Notes: generated by a model not told the origin, from the letters alone. Positions 40,543 through 50,826 are shown, counted from the first letter of the stretch. The stretch is 64,000 bases of DNA from an uncultured delta proteobacterium (GCA_963715335.1 CAVQRZ010000025.1:64001-128000); one strand, 5' to 3'. Numbers and translations are program-made.

Positions 40543-40911
40543 ATGATCTACATCGGAACCACAGAAGACAATGGCAGCGCGATCTATTTTGATATTCATT
40601 CTGCGGAACGACAGGGGCGCGGCATGCGATTCTCAGGCACTGTTGGCGATGGCTGTTATGAAGGAGAAGTTCTGGTTGAGGTCGGACGCAGTGAATCGGT
40701 GACCTTCGCCGATGCATGGCTTGGTGGTTCCGGATTCTCGGAATTTATCGATCGCTGCGGTACGGCAATGATTGAAGATGCCCTGCTGGAATCCGTTCGT
40801 GAGATGCCTTTCTTCTGTTCGCGGCGCAGTCTGCCACATGCTAACAGTGGCACTTATGATGCTGCACTGATTTCAGAACCATCACCATTATGGATGTCCG
40901 ATGTCTGTTGA
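40543..40911 (+). CDS. Hypothetical protein (122 aa)
   Basis: Strong SD GGGAGGT upstream; fills the intergenic gap; no family recognised. Confidence 0.7.
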   Translation: MIYIGTTEDNGSAIYFDIHSAERQGRGMRFSGTVGDGCYEGEVLVEVGRSESVTFADAWLGGSGFSEFIDRCGTAMIEDALLESVREMPFFCSRRSLPHANSGTYDAALISEPSPLWMSDVC

Positions 40912-40972
40912 TTGATTCTATTTCCCGGTTGAGGTAAAAAGGGGCGATGTAATCTCTTTCGGGAAGGTATTT

Positions 40973-41554
40973 ATGCGTACCATCGTCCTTGCCTCAACCA
41001 GCCCCTATCGTCTGCAACTGATGCGTCAGCTTGAACTGAGTTTTCACGTTGCCGCGCCGCGTTACAAAGAACAGATGACTGCCAGCGTTTCAGCCGAGTT
41101 ACTGGTCAAGCACCAGGCCTTGCAGAAAGCGAAAAGCATTGCGGACAAATACGATGATGCCTTGATCATAGGTTCAGACCAGGTTTTCGTCGACGCCCGG
41201 CACCGTGTCCTGGGCAAACCGGGAACGCCGGAAAAAGCCGTTGAGCAGCTGATGGAAATGCAGGGTCGCAAACATACTTTCTATACCGGCCTGGCGATCC
41301 ACGACAGTGCCAGCGGTGACAGCGTCGCCGAATTCGAGACCTTCTCCGTAACGATGCGCGAATTGACCGAAAAGCAGGTCAGGCATTATGTGGAGAAAGA
41401 AAATCCGGTCGACTGTGCCGGTTCGTTCAAAATAGAGGGGCTTGGCATCGCGCTTATGGAAAAGATGGCCGGCAACGATTACACCAGCCTCATCGGCCTG
41501 CCACTGATCCTGCTGGTTAACATGTTGAGCCACTTCGACGTCGAGGTTTTATAA
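40973..41554 (+). CDS. Maf family nucleotide pyrophosphatase (YceF-like)
   Basis: LASTSPYR, KA, IIGSDQV, LGKP and CAGSFKIEGLG motifs. Confidence 0.93.
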   Translation: MRTIVLASTSPYRLQLMRQLELSFHVAAPRYKEQMTASVSAELLVKHQALQKAKSIADKYDDALIIGSDQVFVDARHRVLGKPGTPEKAVEQLMEMQGRKHTFYTGLAIHDSASGDSVAEFETFSVTMRELTEKQVRHYVEKENPVDCAGSFKIEGLGIALMEKMAGNDYTSLIGLPLILLVNMLSHFDVEVL

Positions 41555-41712
41555 CCGTAAATGTTGAACGGGGTATCCGGGCCGGTATCCGGAATGTTTG
41601 CCTCTATAGCTTTTAGTGTTTCCATGCGGGGCGGATTTTCTGTATTCTCTAGCTGACATCTTAGCGTCGCTTACCGTTTTTTCTGTCACCACTCTTGTCG
41701 ATTTTGTCCCGT

Positions 41713-41757
41713 ATTCTGAATACTGAATACTGAATTCCAGCTTTAGGCACTTTACAT
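41713..41757. repeat. Heptamer tandem repeats directly upstream of dnaE
   Basis: ATTCTGA ATACTGA ATACTGA ATTCCAG then degenerate units; a looser 7-nt periodic run at about 41636-41665. Confidence 0.6.
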
Positions 41758-41759
41758 CC

Positions 41760-44700
41760 ATGCAACACGCCAACTTCGTTCATCTGCACGTGCACACCCA
41801 ATACAGCCTGCTCGATGGTGCCATCCGAGTCGGCGATCTTGTCGAACGGGCCAAAGAATACCGCATGCCGGCCATGGCGATTACCGATCACGGCAACATG
41901 TTTGGCGCCCTGGAGTTCTACACCAAGGCCCATGCCGCAGGCGTAAAGCCGATCATCGGCTGTGAAGTTTATGTTGCCCCTGCTTCAAGGCATGACAAAT
42001 CCGGGGCATCCTCCTCCGGAGACGCGTCCGGACATTTGGTCCTCCTCTGCAAGAACCGCACGGGGTATCGCAACCTCTGTCGGCTGGTTTCCACCGCTTA
42101 CCAGGATGGTTTCTATTACCGGCCACGTATCGACTGGGACCTCTTGAGCGAGAACAATGAGGGGCTGATCGCTCTGACCGCCTGTCTGGGAGGGGAAATT
42201 CCCAGCCTGATTTGCCGTGGGCGGATGGATCATGCCCGGCAGCGGGCAGAAGAAATGTCCCGGGTCTTCGACAATAGCCGGCTCTATCTCGAACTCCAGG
42301 AGAATTATCTGCCGGAGCAGGAGGTCGCCAATAAAGGTCTGATTGAAATCGGCAAAGAGCTAGGTTTGCCTCTGGTGGCCACTAATGACTGCCATTACCT
42401 GACCAGAGACGATGCCTTTGCCCACGAGGTTTTACTCTGCATCCAGACCGGCAAAACACTGGACGACCCAAACAGGATGCGATTTGCCAACGAGGAGTTC
42501 TACGTTAAGACTCCCGACGAGATGGGGGAGCTTTTCAAGGCACTTCCCGAGGCGATCAGTAATTCTGTCGAGATCGCCGAACGGTGTAACCTGGAGCTGG
42601 ATGTCAGCGGTAAAAATTATCATTTCCCGACGCTGGCGCTTGGGGAAGGGCAAACTCCGAGTCAGGCTCTCGAGCAGCAGTCGTTTGCAGGCCTTGAACA
42701 GCGGATCATCGAAATTCGCAAGGTGCGCACAGATTTCTCAACAGATGATCACGCCGCGTATAAAGCCCGCCTCGAACAGGAACTGGCAATCATCAACCAG
42801 ATGGGATTCCCTGACTACTTCCTGATCGTCGCAGATTTCATAAACTGGGCAAAGAACCAAGACATCCCGGTTGGCCCCGGGCGTGGTAGCGCTGCCGGCA
42901 GCCTGGTCGCATATGCCCTGAGAATTACTGACATCGATCCCAAACCCTACCATCTTCTTTTTGAACGTTTCCTGAACCCGGAACGTATCTCCATGCCGGA
43001 TATTGACGTCGATTTCTGTATCAACGGTCGTGAGGATGTCATCAATTACGTGCGGGACAAGTACGGCAAGGAAAATGTCGCCCAGATCATTACCTTCGGT
43101 TCGATGATGGCCCGCGCGGTGATCCGCGATGTAGGCCGCGGCATGGGAATGCCATATGGTGAGGTGGACACGATTGCCAAGCTGATCCCCAACCCGGCGG
43201 GCAAGAAAGTAACCCTCATGGATGCGCAGAAGCAGGAGCCGCGCCTGCGAGAACTGATCGAAAAAGATCCCAGAATCAAGAAACTGTTTAAAGTGGCCCT
43301 GTCGCTGGAGGGACTCACCCGCCACGCGTCGACCCACGCTGCGGGGGTCGTGGTTACCCCGGAGCCCCTGACCAATTACTTGCCGCTCTACGTTGATCCC
43401 AAATCACACGGCCAGGTCACCCAGTACGACATGGGGTACGTAGAGAAAATCGGTCTGGTCAAGTTCGATTTCCTCGGTTTGAAAACCCTGACGGTTATTG
43501 ACAAGACGGTCAAACTGATCAAGACGAAAACTCCAGAATTTGACCTCGGACTGATTCCCCAGGATGATGCAGAAACCTTCCAGTTGCTGAGCCGTGGTGA
43601 GACCACGGGTGTCTTCCAGCTCGAATCTTCAGGGATGAAGGAATACCTGATCAAGCTCAAGCCGTCCTGTTTCGAAGACCTGATCGCCATGGTCGCTCTC
43701 TACCGTCCGGGCCCGCTTGGCTCCGGGATGGTTGATTCATTTATCAAACGTAAGCACGGCGTCGAGGAGTTCAAGTACGATTTCCAGCAGTTGGAACCGA
43801 TCCTCAAGGACACCTACGGTGTTATTGTCTATCAGGAACAGGTCATGCAAATCGCCCAGGTCCTCGGTAACTACAGTCTGGGGGGTGCTGATTTGCTGCG
43901 CCGGGCAATGGGCAAGAAAAAGCCCGAGGAGATGGCCGAGCAAAAGCAGATTTTCCTTAGTGGCGCCAAAGAGAACAGGCTGGAGACGAAGAAAGCCGAA
44001 ACTGTTTTCGACCAGATGGAGAAATTCGCCGAGTACGGCTTCAATAAATCCCACTCCGCAGCTTACGCCTATATCGCCTACCAGACCGCTTACCTGAAGG
44101 CCCATTACCCGGTGGAATTCATGGCGGCATTGTTGACCGAGGATATGGAGAATACCGAAAAGGTCATCAAGAATATTAATGAAATCAGGAACATGGGGAT
44201 TGCCATCCTACCTCCTGATATCAATGCCTCACGCAGGAATTTCACTGTACATGAAAAAGATATCCGTTTTGGCCTCGGCGCAGTCAAGGGGGTCGGTGGT
44301 GCCGCCGTAGAAGCGATCGTTGAAGCGCGAGAAGCAGGGCCGTTCGGCTCTTTGCACGATTTCTGCGAGCGGGTCGATTTGCGCCGCGTCAACAAGCGGG
44401 TCGTCGAAGCGCTGGTCAAGTGCGGCGCCTTCGATTCGTTGCAGCACAAACGTGCCCAGTTCATGGCCGCCCTGGAAGAAGCTATGGAACACGGCCAGAA
44501 AATCCAGCGTGAGAAGGAGTCTGGCCAGGAGTCCCTGTTCGGTGCGGACCAGATCGTCACCCAGAGTGGACAGATGTACGGCCAGTTGCCGGATATTGAG
44601 GAATGGCCGGAAAATGTCCTGCTGTCAAATGAAAAGGAAGCGATCGGGTTTTACATTACCGGTCATCCACTGGCACGGCACAGTGATGCCATCAAGCGTT

Positions 44701-45242
44701 TCAGCACCTGTGACACAGCAGGGCTGACAGAGCGTGCCGATAAAGAGGAAGTCAGTGTCTGCGGAATCGTGACCGGGATCAAACTGCTCAATACCCGCAA
44801 GGGCGACCGCATGGCATTCGTGACTCTTGAAGATCTCAGCGGTTTTGTTGAAATGGTGGTTTTTCCCGAGACATACACTGAATCGGCTGAGCTTTTGAAC
44901 AGCGAGGAAGCTTTGCTGGTCAAGGGAACCGTGGACATCGGCGAGGATGCCTGCAAGATCCTGGTCAATGAAGTTCTCTCCCTCAAGGATGTGCAGGAAC
45001 GTCTGACCAGGATGATTCATTTCCGTCTAACGACTCCTGGTCTCGAGGAGCGGCAACTTTGCTCACTTAAGGATATTATGCTGCGCTACCATGGTGATTG
45101 CGAGGCCCTGATTCACCTCGTCGTGCCCAATCGCAGCGAAACCGTGATATCATTACCCGAGGACCTGCGCCTGCAGGCTAGTGATCAAATGATGGATGAC
45201 GTTGAGAAGTTGTTCGGTTATAATGTCGTCACTTTCGAATAG
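41760..45242 (+). CDS. dnaE: DNA polymerase III alpha subunit
   Basis: PHP domain (HLHVHTQYSLLDG), GPGRGSAAGS, PDIDVDF, GFNKSHS and OB domain; no intein apparent (1160 aa). Confidence 0.98.
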   Translation: MQHANFVHLHVHTQYSLLDGAIRVGDLVERAKEYRMPAMAITDHGNMFGALEFYTKAHAAGVKPIIGCEVYVAPASRHDKSGASSSGDASGHLVLLCKNRTGYRNLCRLVSTAYQDGFYYRPRIDWDLLSENNEGLIALTACLGGEIPSLICRGRMDHARQRAEEMSRVFDNSRLYLELQENYLPEQEVANKGLIEIGKELGLPLVATNDCHYLTRDDAFAHEVLLCIQTGKTLDDPNRMRFANEEFYVKTPDEMGELFKALPEAISNSVEIAERCNLELDVSGKNYHFPTLALGEGQTPSQALEQQSFAGLEQRIIEIRKVRTDFSTDDHAAYKARLEQELAIINQMGFPDYFLIVADFINWAKNQDIPVGPGRGSAAGSLVAYALRITDIDPKPYHLLFERFLNPERISMPDIDVDFCINGREDVINYVRDKYGKENVAQIITFGSMMARAVIRDVGRGMGMPYGEVDTIAKLIPNPAGKKVTLMDAQKQEPRLRELIEKDPRIKKLFKVALSLEGLTRHASTHAAGVVVTPEPLTNYLPLYVDPKSHGQVTQYDMGYVEKIGLVKFDFLGLKTLTVIDKTVKLIKTKTPEFDLGLIPQDDAETFQLLSRGETTGVFQLESSGMKEYLIKLKPSCFEDLIAMVALYRPGPLGSGMVDSFIKRKHGVEEFKYDFQQLEPILKDTYGVIVYQEQVMQIAQVLGNYSLGGADLLRRAMGKKKPEEMAEQKQIFLSGAKENRLETKKAETVFDQMEKFAEYGFNKSHSAAYAYIAYQTAYLKAHYPVEFMAALLTEDMENTEKVIKNINEIRNMGIAILPPDINASRRNFTVHEKDIRFGLGAVKGVGGAAVEAIVEAREAGPFGSLHDFCERVDLRRVNKRVVEALVKCGAFDSLQHKRAQFMAALEEAMEHGQKIQREKESGQESLFGADQIVTQSGQMYGQLPDIEEWPENVLLSNEKEAIGFYITGHPLARHSDAIKRFSTCDTAGLTERADKEEVSVCGIVTGIKLLNTRKGDRMAFVTLEDLSGFVEMVVFPETYTESAELLNSEEALLVKGTVDIGEDACKILVNEVLSLKDVQERLTRMIHFRLTTPGLEERQLCSLKDIMLRYHGDCEALIHLVVPNRSETVISLPEDLRLQASDQMMDDVEKLFGYNVVTFE

Positions 45243-45289
45243 GGATGACCACTTTACCCGGTCGCCGATGAACTGACAGGAGCCTGCAC

Positions 45290-46243
45290 ATGCAGTTTTT
45301 TCTAGATTTTGAAAAACCTATCGTCGAACTCGAACAAAAGATCAAGGAGCTGCGGGACTACTCAACAGGCAAAGTCGACTTCTCCACAGATATCAAAAAA
45401 TTGGAGAAGAAAGCTGACAAGTTACGTGAGGAGATTTTCTCCAACCTGACCCGCTGGCAGCGGACTCAACTGGCCCGGCATCAGAACCGTCCATACACCC
45501 TTGATTACATCAAGCACATCTTTACCGACTGGTTTGAAGTGCATGGCGACCGCAACTACCGGGATGATCCGGCGCTGATCTGCGGTTTCGCTCGGCTGGA
45601 TGGCGAACCTTGCGTGGTCATAGGGCATCAGAAAGGACGTGATACCAAGGAAAAGGTCTACCGGAACTTCGGCATGCCCAACCCGGAAGGTTACCGCAAA
45701 GCGTTGCGGGTCATGCAGATGGCCGAACAGTTCGGGCTGCCGATCTTTACCTTCGTCGACACCCCCGGAGCCTTCCCGGGAATCGGAGCAGAGGAACGCG
45801 GCCAGGCCGAGGCGATTGCACGAAATCTGCGGGAGATGGCGGCCCTGGCCGTACCGATCATTGTCACGGTGACCGGTGAGGGCGGCTCGGGGGGGGCCTT
45901 GGCTATCGCTGTCGGCAACAAGGTCATCATGATGCAGTACTCGGTTTACGCGGTTATCTCTCCGGAGGGGTGTGCTGCGATCCTGTGGAGCGACGGGACC
46001 CGCGGTCCCGAAGCCGCCGAGGCTCTCAAGCTGACTGCCATGGACATCGATTCGCTGGGTATGATTATTGATGACATCATCCCCGAACCGGTTGGTGGTG
46101 CGCACAACAACCATGTCGCCGCTGCCGAGACGGTAAAGGCATGTCTCAAGAAGCATCTGGCTGAACTGAAGGAGCTTTCTGCCGAGGAATTGGTTGAGCA
46201 ACGTTACCAGAAATTCCGGGCCATGACTGTGGTGGAAGAGTAA
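45290..46243 (+). CDS. accA: Acetyl-CoA carboxylase carboxyltransferase alpha subunit
   Basis: LDFEKP, ARH..RP, RNFGMP.PEGYRKA and [10 protein letters not shown] motifs. Confidence 0.98.
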   Translation: MQFFLDFEKPIVELEQKIKELRDYSTGKVDFSTDIKKLEKKADKLREEIFSNLTRWQRTQLARHQNRPYTLDYIKHIFTDWFEVHGDRNYRDDPALICGFARLDGEPCVVIGHQKGRDTKEKVYRNFGMPNPEGYRKALRVMQMAEQFGLPIFTFVDTPGAFPGIGAEERGQAEAIARNLREMAALAVPIIVTVTGEGGSGGALAIAVGNKVIMMQYSVYAVISPEGCAAILWSDGTRGPEAAEALKLTAMDIDSLGMIIDDIIPEPVGGAHNNHVAAAETVKACLKKHLAELKELSAEELVEQRYQKFRAMTVVEE

Positions 46244-46324
46244 CGCGAAGCGCGAGGCGATAACGGATCTCAATCAAAGGGACGACTCTATTACTGAGCC
46301 TGTCCCTTTTCATTTCTGAAGGCT

Positions 46325-47236
46325 ATGATCAATACGGGTCAAATCGATGTTGTCGGGCTGGGCCAATGTTCTCTGGATATCCTGGGCAAGGTTGGCAACT
46401 ATCCCGGGTTGGACCAGAAAGCCGAATTGTCTGCACTGCTTGTGCAGGGCGGCGGACCGGTCGCGACGGCCCTGGTCACACTGGCTCGATTGGGGGTCTC
46501 TGTGGCGATGGTCGGTGCTGTGGGTGACGACGATTTTGGCCAACAGATCCGCGACGGGTTAGTCGCTGAAGGTGTTGACTGTACTTTTTTAACTGAAGAG
46601 CCGGGGTGCTGCAGCCAGGTGGCATTCATTGCGGTCGACGACGACGGGCATCGCAATATATTCTGGCATCGGGGCAATGCGGTTCCGGACGCTGCCGGTT
46701 TATACGAAACCCTGCTCTCCAGAAAAGTCAAGGTGCTGCATTTAGACGGATTACAGCTGATGCCGGCAATCACAGCGGCAGAGACCGCCCGTAGCCTGAA
46801 TGTTGTGACGGTCCTCGATGCCGGGACCCTGCGCCCCGGCATGGAACGTCTCTTGACAGCGGTCGATCACCTGGTTGTGAGTGAAAAGTTTGCCCGTCAA
46901 ATGATTGGGCGTCACGATCCGGAAGAGGCCTTAAGGGTTCTGGCCGGGCACGGTGCTGCCGGAGTTACCGTAACCTGCGGCGAATCGGGTAGCGTGAGTA
47001 CGGATTCCACTGGTTCAGTTTTTTATCAGCAGGCGTTCAAAATGGATGCCGTCGATACGACCGGTTGCGGCGACGTATTTCATGGTGGTTATATCTATGG
47101 CCTTATGCAAGAGTGGCAACTGCCGCAGACGGTCCGTTTTGCTACGGCCTGTGCTGCCTTGAAGACCCGTGCGCTCGGCGGCCGGACGGCAATTCCGGAT
47201 TTGCCCGAGGTCGAGGCCTTTTTGCAAAGCCGCTGA
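46325..47236 (+). CDS. PfkB-family sugar kinase (YihV-like)
   Basis: GGGPVATA...ARLG, VGDDDFG and DTTGCGDVFHGG motifs. Confidence 0.9.
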   Translation: MINTGQIDVVGLGQCSLDILGKVGNYPGLDQKAELSALLVQGGGPVATALVTLARLGVSVAMVGAVGDDDFGQQIRDGLVAEGVDCTFLTEEPGCCSQVAFIAVDDDGHRNIFWHRGNAVPDAAGLYETLLSRKVKVLHLDGLQLMPAITAAETARSLNVVTVLDAGTLRPGMERLLTAVDHLVVSEKFARQMIGRHDPEEALRVLAGHGAAGVTVTCGESGSVSTDSTGSVFYQQAFKMDAVDTTGCGDVFHGGYIYGLMQEWQLPQTVRFATACAALKTRALGGRTAIPDLPEVEAFLQSR

Positions 47237-47302
47237 GCCTGATCAGCAACTCAAGGTGATTCTGTTGACTTGTCTCCCGGCTTCATTTATCAATGCTTGC
47301 AT

Positions 47303-48067
47303 ATGAAACCAGTAACCTATCCAATTCTGCTTGCCTTGATTCTTTTGTTGACCGCCTGCGGGGCACCGAAACCGACCTACCGTGTCGAAGTTTTCGATAC
47401 ACCATCACGACCGAATCTCCACCCGACTCAAAAGCCCTATGCAGTCAACGGACAGCATTACCAGCCGATTCCAGATGCTGCCGGTTTCAACGAGGAGGGG
47501 ATTGCAAGCTGGTATGGCAAAGATTTTCACGGTCGAAAAACCAGTAACGGTGAAACTTACGACATGTACGCGATGACGGCGGCGCATAAAACCCTGCCGA
47601 TGAATGTTTATCTTCAGGTAACCAACTTGAGTAATGGCCAAACAGCTGTTGTGCGTGTCAATGACCGCGGGCCTTTTGTCAGAAGCCGAATTATTGACCT
47701 GTCATACTCTGCCGCAAACCAGCTTGGGGTCGTTGGGCCCGGGACTGCGCCTGTACGCATCGAAGCCCTCGGTTACCAGGACTCGGCCAACACAGGGGAA
47801 GCCGCCAGCTATCGACAACCCGACAGCTATGATGTCGGACCATTCATGATCCAGATCGGGGCGTTTACGGTCAAGGACAATGCCTATCGCCTGAAGGAAA
47901 AGCTGAAAGAGCAGTATGGCGATTCCACAGTTGTTGAAGCCTGGGTGGACGGGCAGAAATTCTACCGGGTTCGTGTCGGCCTTTACGATAATATGGCACT
48001 TGCGGCGGAGGCTCTTCTGCATATCGAAGCCAATGGCTTCCCCAGCAGTTTTATCGTTGCCAGGTAA
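47303..48067 (+). CDS. rlpA: Septal ring lytic transglycosylase RlpA (DPBB + SPOR lipoprotein)
   Basis: Lipobox LTAC; GIASWYG, TAAHKTLP and VNDRGPF...IIDLS motifs; SPOR domain (IQIGAF...YRVRVG). Confidence 0.93.
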   Translation: MKPVTYPILLALILLLTACGAPKPTYRVEVFDTPSRPNLHPTQKPYAVNGQHYQPIPDAAGFNEEGIASWYGKDFHGRKTSNGETYDMYAMTAAHKTLPMNVYLQVTNLSNGQTAVVRVNDRGPFVRSRIIDLSYSAANQLGVVGPGTAPVRIEALGYQDSANTGEAASYRQPDSYDVGPFMIQIGAFTVKDNAYRLKEKLKEQYGDSTVVEAWVDGQKFYRVRVGLYDNMALAAEALLHIEANGFPSSFIVAR

Positions 48068-48123
48068 AGATCATCACTTAAACCTGCCTTTGCTCAGTGG
48101 CAGATCATTTCGGGTTATCAGTC

Positions 48124-48459
48124 ATGAATAAGAAAAAATCAGTTTTTCGTATATTTTTCAGCAGCCAGGGTAAAGGTTATGAAATCTATGCCCGCAAGGT
48201 CAACCAAAGCGATATCTACGGTTTTGTAGAAATTGAGGAGATCGTCTTCGGGGAAAAATCAGCTATTGTGCTCGACCCCAACGAAGAGGCCCTGAAAAAC
48301 GAGTTCGCCAGCGTCAAGCGTCTCATGATTCCGTACCATTCGATCAGCCGTATTGACGAAGTTGAAAAAGAGGGGCAGGCCAAGGTCATTGCCCTGGCGA
48401 CTCCTGCTTCTGGCGAATCCCCTGTGTTGCCGATCCCACCCGTTAATCGAAGGGGTTAA
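48124..48459 (+). CDS. DUF1820-like small protein
   Basis: F.SQGK.YEIYAR, GFVEIEE.VF and DP.EE.LK.EF..VKR..IP.HSI.RIDEVEK pattern. Confidence 0.75.
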   Translation: MNKKKSVFRIFFSSQGKGYEIYARKVNQSDIYGFVEIEEIVFGEKSAIVLDPNEEALKNEFASVKRLMIPYHSISRIDEVEKEGQAKVIALATPASGESPVLPIPPVNRRG

Positions 48460-48561
48460 CAGGTTTAACTTGGGGCCAGTGTCGATGTCTGCAAAAGCGC
48501 TGGCCTGGCGAATTGTGGCAGTTTTGCCGGCCAGGCTGTGATTTTTATCGAAGGTGCGGTA

Positions 48562-50025
48562 ATGGATATACCTTCAGAACAAAGAATCAAACAAATTCTC
48601 CTTTCTTCTCCCGCAATTATCTACACTTGTCGTGTCGATGGCGGTTGTGAGCTGACCTTTGTCAGCGAAAATATTTTACGTCATTTCGGTTATACTGCGG
48701 AGGAATGTCTCCACAACAGGAACTTCTGGCGCGAAATCATCCATCCTGATGATCATGCTCACGTTATAACTGGCCGTGAGAGGTTTTTTCCAACCGGTCA
48801 TGAATTTCGTGAATATCGTTTGCTCAAGAAAGATGGCAGCTACCTCTGGGTCCACGACGAGATGCGTCTGATCCGTGATGACAAGGGTGCCCCTGTCGAG
48901 ATAGTCGGATCCTGGCTTGACATCACCGATCGCAAGAGGGCCGAAGATGCTCTCCGCAGCAGCGAAAAAATATTCCGGGAATTTTTCCTGACCAACCCTG
49001 TCGCAACCATCATCACGAGCCTGGAAGGCCTGGTCCAAATGGTTAATCCTGCCTTTATTGAAGCCTCAGGATACCGCGCGGACGAGGTCGTCGGGCGTTC
49101 GTCTATGGAGCTCGGGTTCTGGCAGAATCCTGAAGATCGGGAACGTATGGTTTCGGCAGTCAGGCAGCACGGTTACATCGATAAAATGGAAGCTGATTTC
49201 TGCTGCAAGGGCGACAAGCATATGACTTGCCTTGTCTCGAGCAGGGCCGTCGAATATGCAGGAAATCTGAGAATCCTGAGCATTCTTATTGATGTCACTG
49301 AACAACGAGCAGCTGAAGCCGCCATGCAGAAGCTTGACAAGGCCAAAAGCGATTTCATCTCGACGGCGGCCCATGAACTACGGACGCCCCTGATTGCGAT
49401 TGTCGGGTATTGCGAACTCCTGGAAAATGCTGCATCGATGGGGTTCACCGATAACCAGAAAGAAAGTTACCTGTCAATTGTACAAAGTAACGCGGAGATT
49501 CTGAATCGACTCATCGATGATCTGCTCGACATCGGTCGTATTCAGATCGGACGCTCCATCGGGGTTTTGCCGAAAGAAAATAATCTGCGCGAAATCGTTG
49601 ACAAGGCCATTGCCTCATTCAGAGTGAAAACCGGTCGCCATGAAATTGTCCTTGAGTGCAGTTCTGGCTTGCCGCAGATAGTCTGGCTCGACGCTGGTCG
49701 TATCGCCCAGGTACTGCATAACCTTCTGGGCAACGCGATCAAATATTCGCCTGAAGGGGGCATCGTCAAGGTGCGGCTGTCGGGTGACACGGACAGGATT
49801 TCCGTGTCAATTGTCGACCGTGGAATCGGTATGACTGCTGAACAGGTTGGGCAGATGTTTGAACGTTTCTATCGAGTCGATCCCGATAGCCTTGCAACAA
49901 CAGGGCTGGGGTTGGGTATGAGTATCGTCAAGCAGATCATTGATGACCATGGCGGCGATATTTCCGTCTCCAGCCAGCCTGGTGAAGGGACAACCGTGAC
50001 ATTTGAACTACCGGTAAAAGCGTAA
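48562..50025 (+). CDS. Soluble PAS-PAS sensor histidine kinase
   Basis: Two PAS/PAC domains (IHPDD, EYR...DG, DITDRK); AHELRTPL, NAIKYS, DRGIG, FYRV and GLGLG; no TM; no adjacent response regulator. Confidence 0.92.
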   Translation: MDIPSEQRIKQILLSSPAIIYTCRVDGGCELTFVSENILRHFGYTAEECLHNRNFWREIIHPDDHAHVITGRERFFPTGHEFREYRLLKKDGSYLWVHDEMRLIRDDKGAPVEIVGSWLDITDRKRAEDALRSSEKIFREFFLTNPVATIITSLEGLVQMVNPAFIEASGYRADEVVGRSSMELGFWQNPEDRERMVSAVRQHGYIDKMEADFCCKGDKHMTCLVSSRAVEYAGNLRILSILIDVTEQRAAEAAMQKLDKAKSDFISTAAHELRTPLIAIVGYCELLENAASMGFTDNQKESYLSIVQSNAEILNRLIDDLLDIGRIQIGRSIGVLPKENNLREIVDKAIASFRVKTGRHEIVLECSSGLPQIVWLDAGRIAQVLHNLLGNAIKYSPEGGIVKVRLSGDTDRISVSIVDRGIGMTAEQVGQMFERFYRVDPDSLATTGLGLGMSIVKQIIDDHGGDISVSSQPGEGTTVTFELPVKA

Positions 50026-50028
50026 AGG

Positions 50029-50826
50029 TTAACCCATGCCACGCTTTTTAAGCTCGTCCTGGACGAGCTTTTTTTGTGCCGGGTTGAGACGTTTCGAGAC
50101 GAGCAGGTTGCGCACATCAGGGCTGCGCATCTGGGGCAGAAAGAGTGTAAACCAGATTGAAGGTGTCCTGCGGTTTTTCAGAATGGCAAGTCTCAGGTTG
50201 GGGCGCAATCTCCACTTCGGGTGTCTGGCTATGCTCGATATCGTCTCCGCCGATGAATGCGCTCCGTTGATAAATTGCAGAATCGCCACCTCGCGCAGGC
50301 GCGGGCTGTCCAGGCAGATCTGCACAAGTCGCGCTTCTCCCCCCTTGAGGATTTCACCGACAACCGTAGCTGTTGCCCGACGCGCGATCGTCATCTTGTT
50401 GCCAAGTTCGGTGGTCGGCAGCCTCTGTAGAATGGCCCGCTCCGCGGCGAATTTCTGGTCCGGTGTGACACCGGGGATCATACAGAGATCGACAAGCTCA
50501 AAAAGATGCAGGTGTGACAGCAGGGCGAGTACGATCGAGCCCGGAGTGTTGGGGTTTTTGACCAGGGCGATTTTTAACCGGTGACTGCTCTTGGCGGCTT
50601 CGAGCTGGTAGATGACCTTGAGCAGATCTTCGTCAAGATCACGGCGTTTCAGCAGGGCGAGCAGGTGATCCTCGTTCAGATGGGGATTCTTTAGCGCCGT
50701 CCGGGCAATCTGCATGTCCGGGTCGAGCAGGACCTGGAATAACTCGTCGCCGGTTGCAGTAAGTGCCCTGTGCAGCCGTTTGCCGATTTCGGCCTCAATT
50801 CGTCTGGGTCGCGGTGTTTCAGCCAT
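50029..50826 (-). CDS. Conserved hypothetical alpha-helical repeat protein (LRV/HEAT-like)
   Basis: Repeated LxNP/LxN.xTP units (ALKNPHL, LVKNPNTP, LDSPRL, ILKNRRTP); co-oriented just downstream of tgt. Confidence 0.75.
   Translation of the reverse strand: MAETPRPRRIEAEIGKRLHRALTATGDELFQVLLDPDMQIARTALKNPHLNEDHLLALLKRRDLDEDLLKVIYQLEAAKSSHRLKIALVKNPNTPGSIVLALLSHLHLFELVDLCMIPGVTPDQKFAAERAILQRLPTTELGNKMTIARRATATVVGEILKGGEARLVQICLDSPRLREVAILQFINGAHSSAETISSIARHPKWRLRPNLRLAILKNRRTPSIWFTLFLPQMRSPDVRNLLVSKRLNPAQKKLVQDELKKRGMG

Noticed and set aside
41760..45242. Possible intein or split in dnaE
   Set aside because: The length (1160 aa) and motif spacing are normal, and no intein or homing endonuclease motifs were seen.
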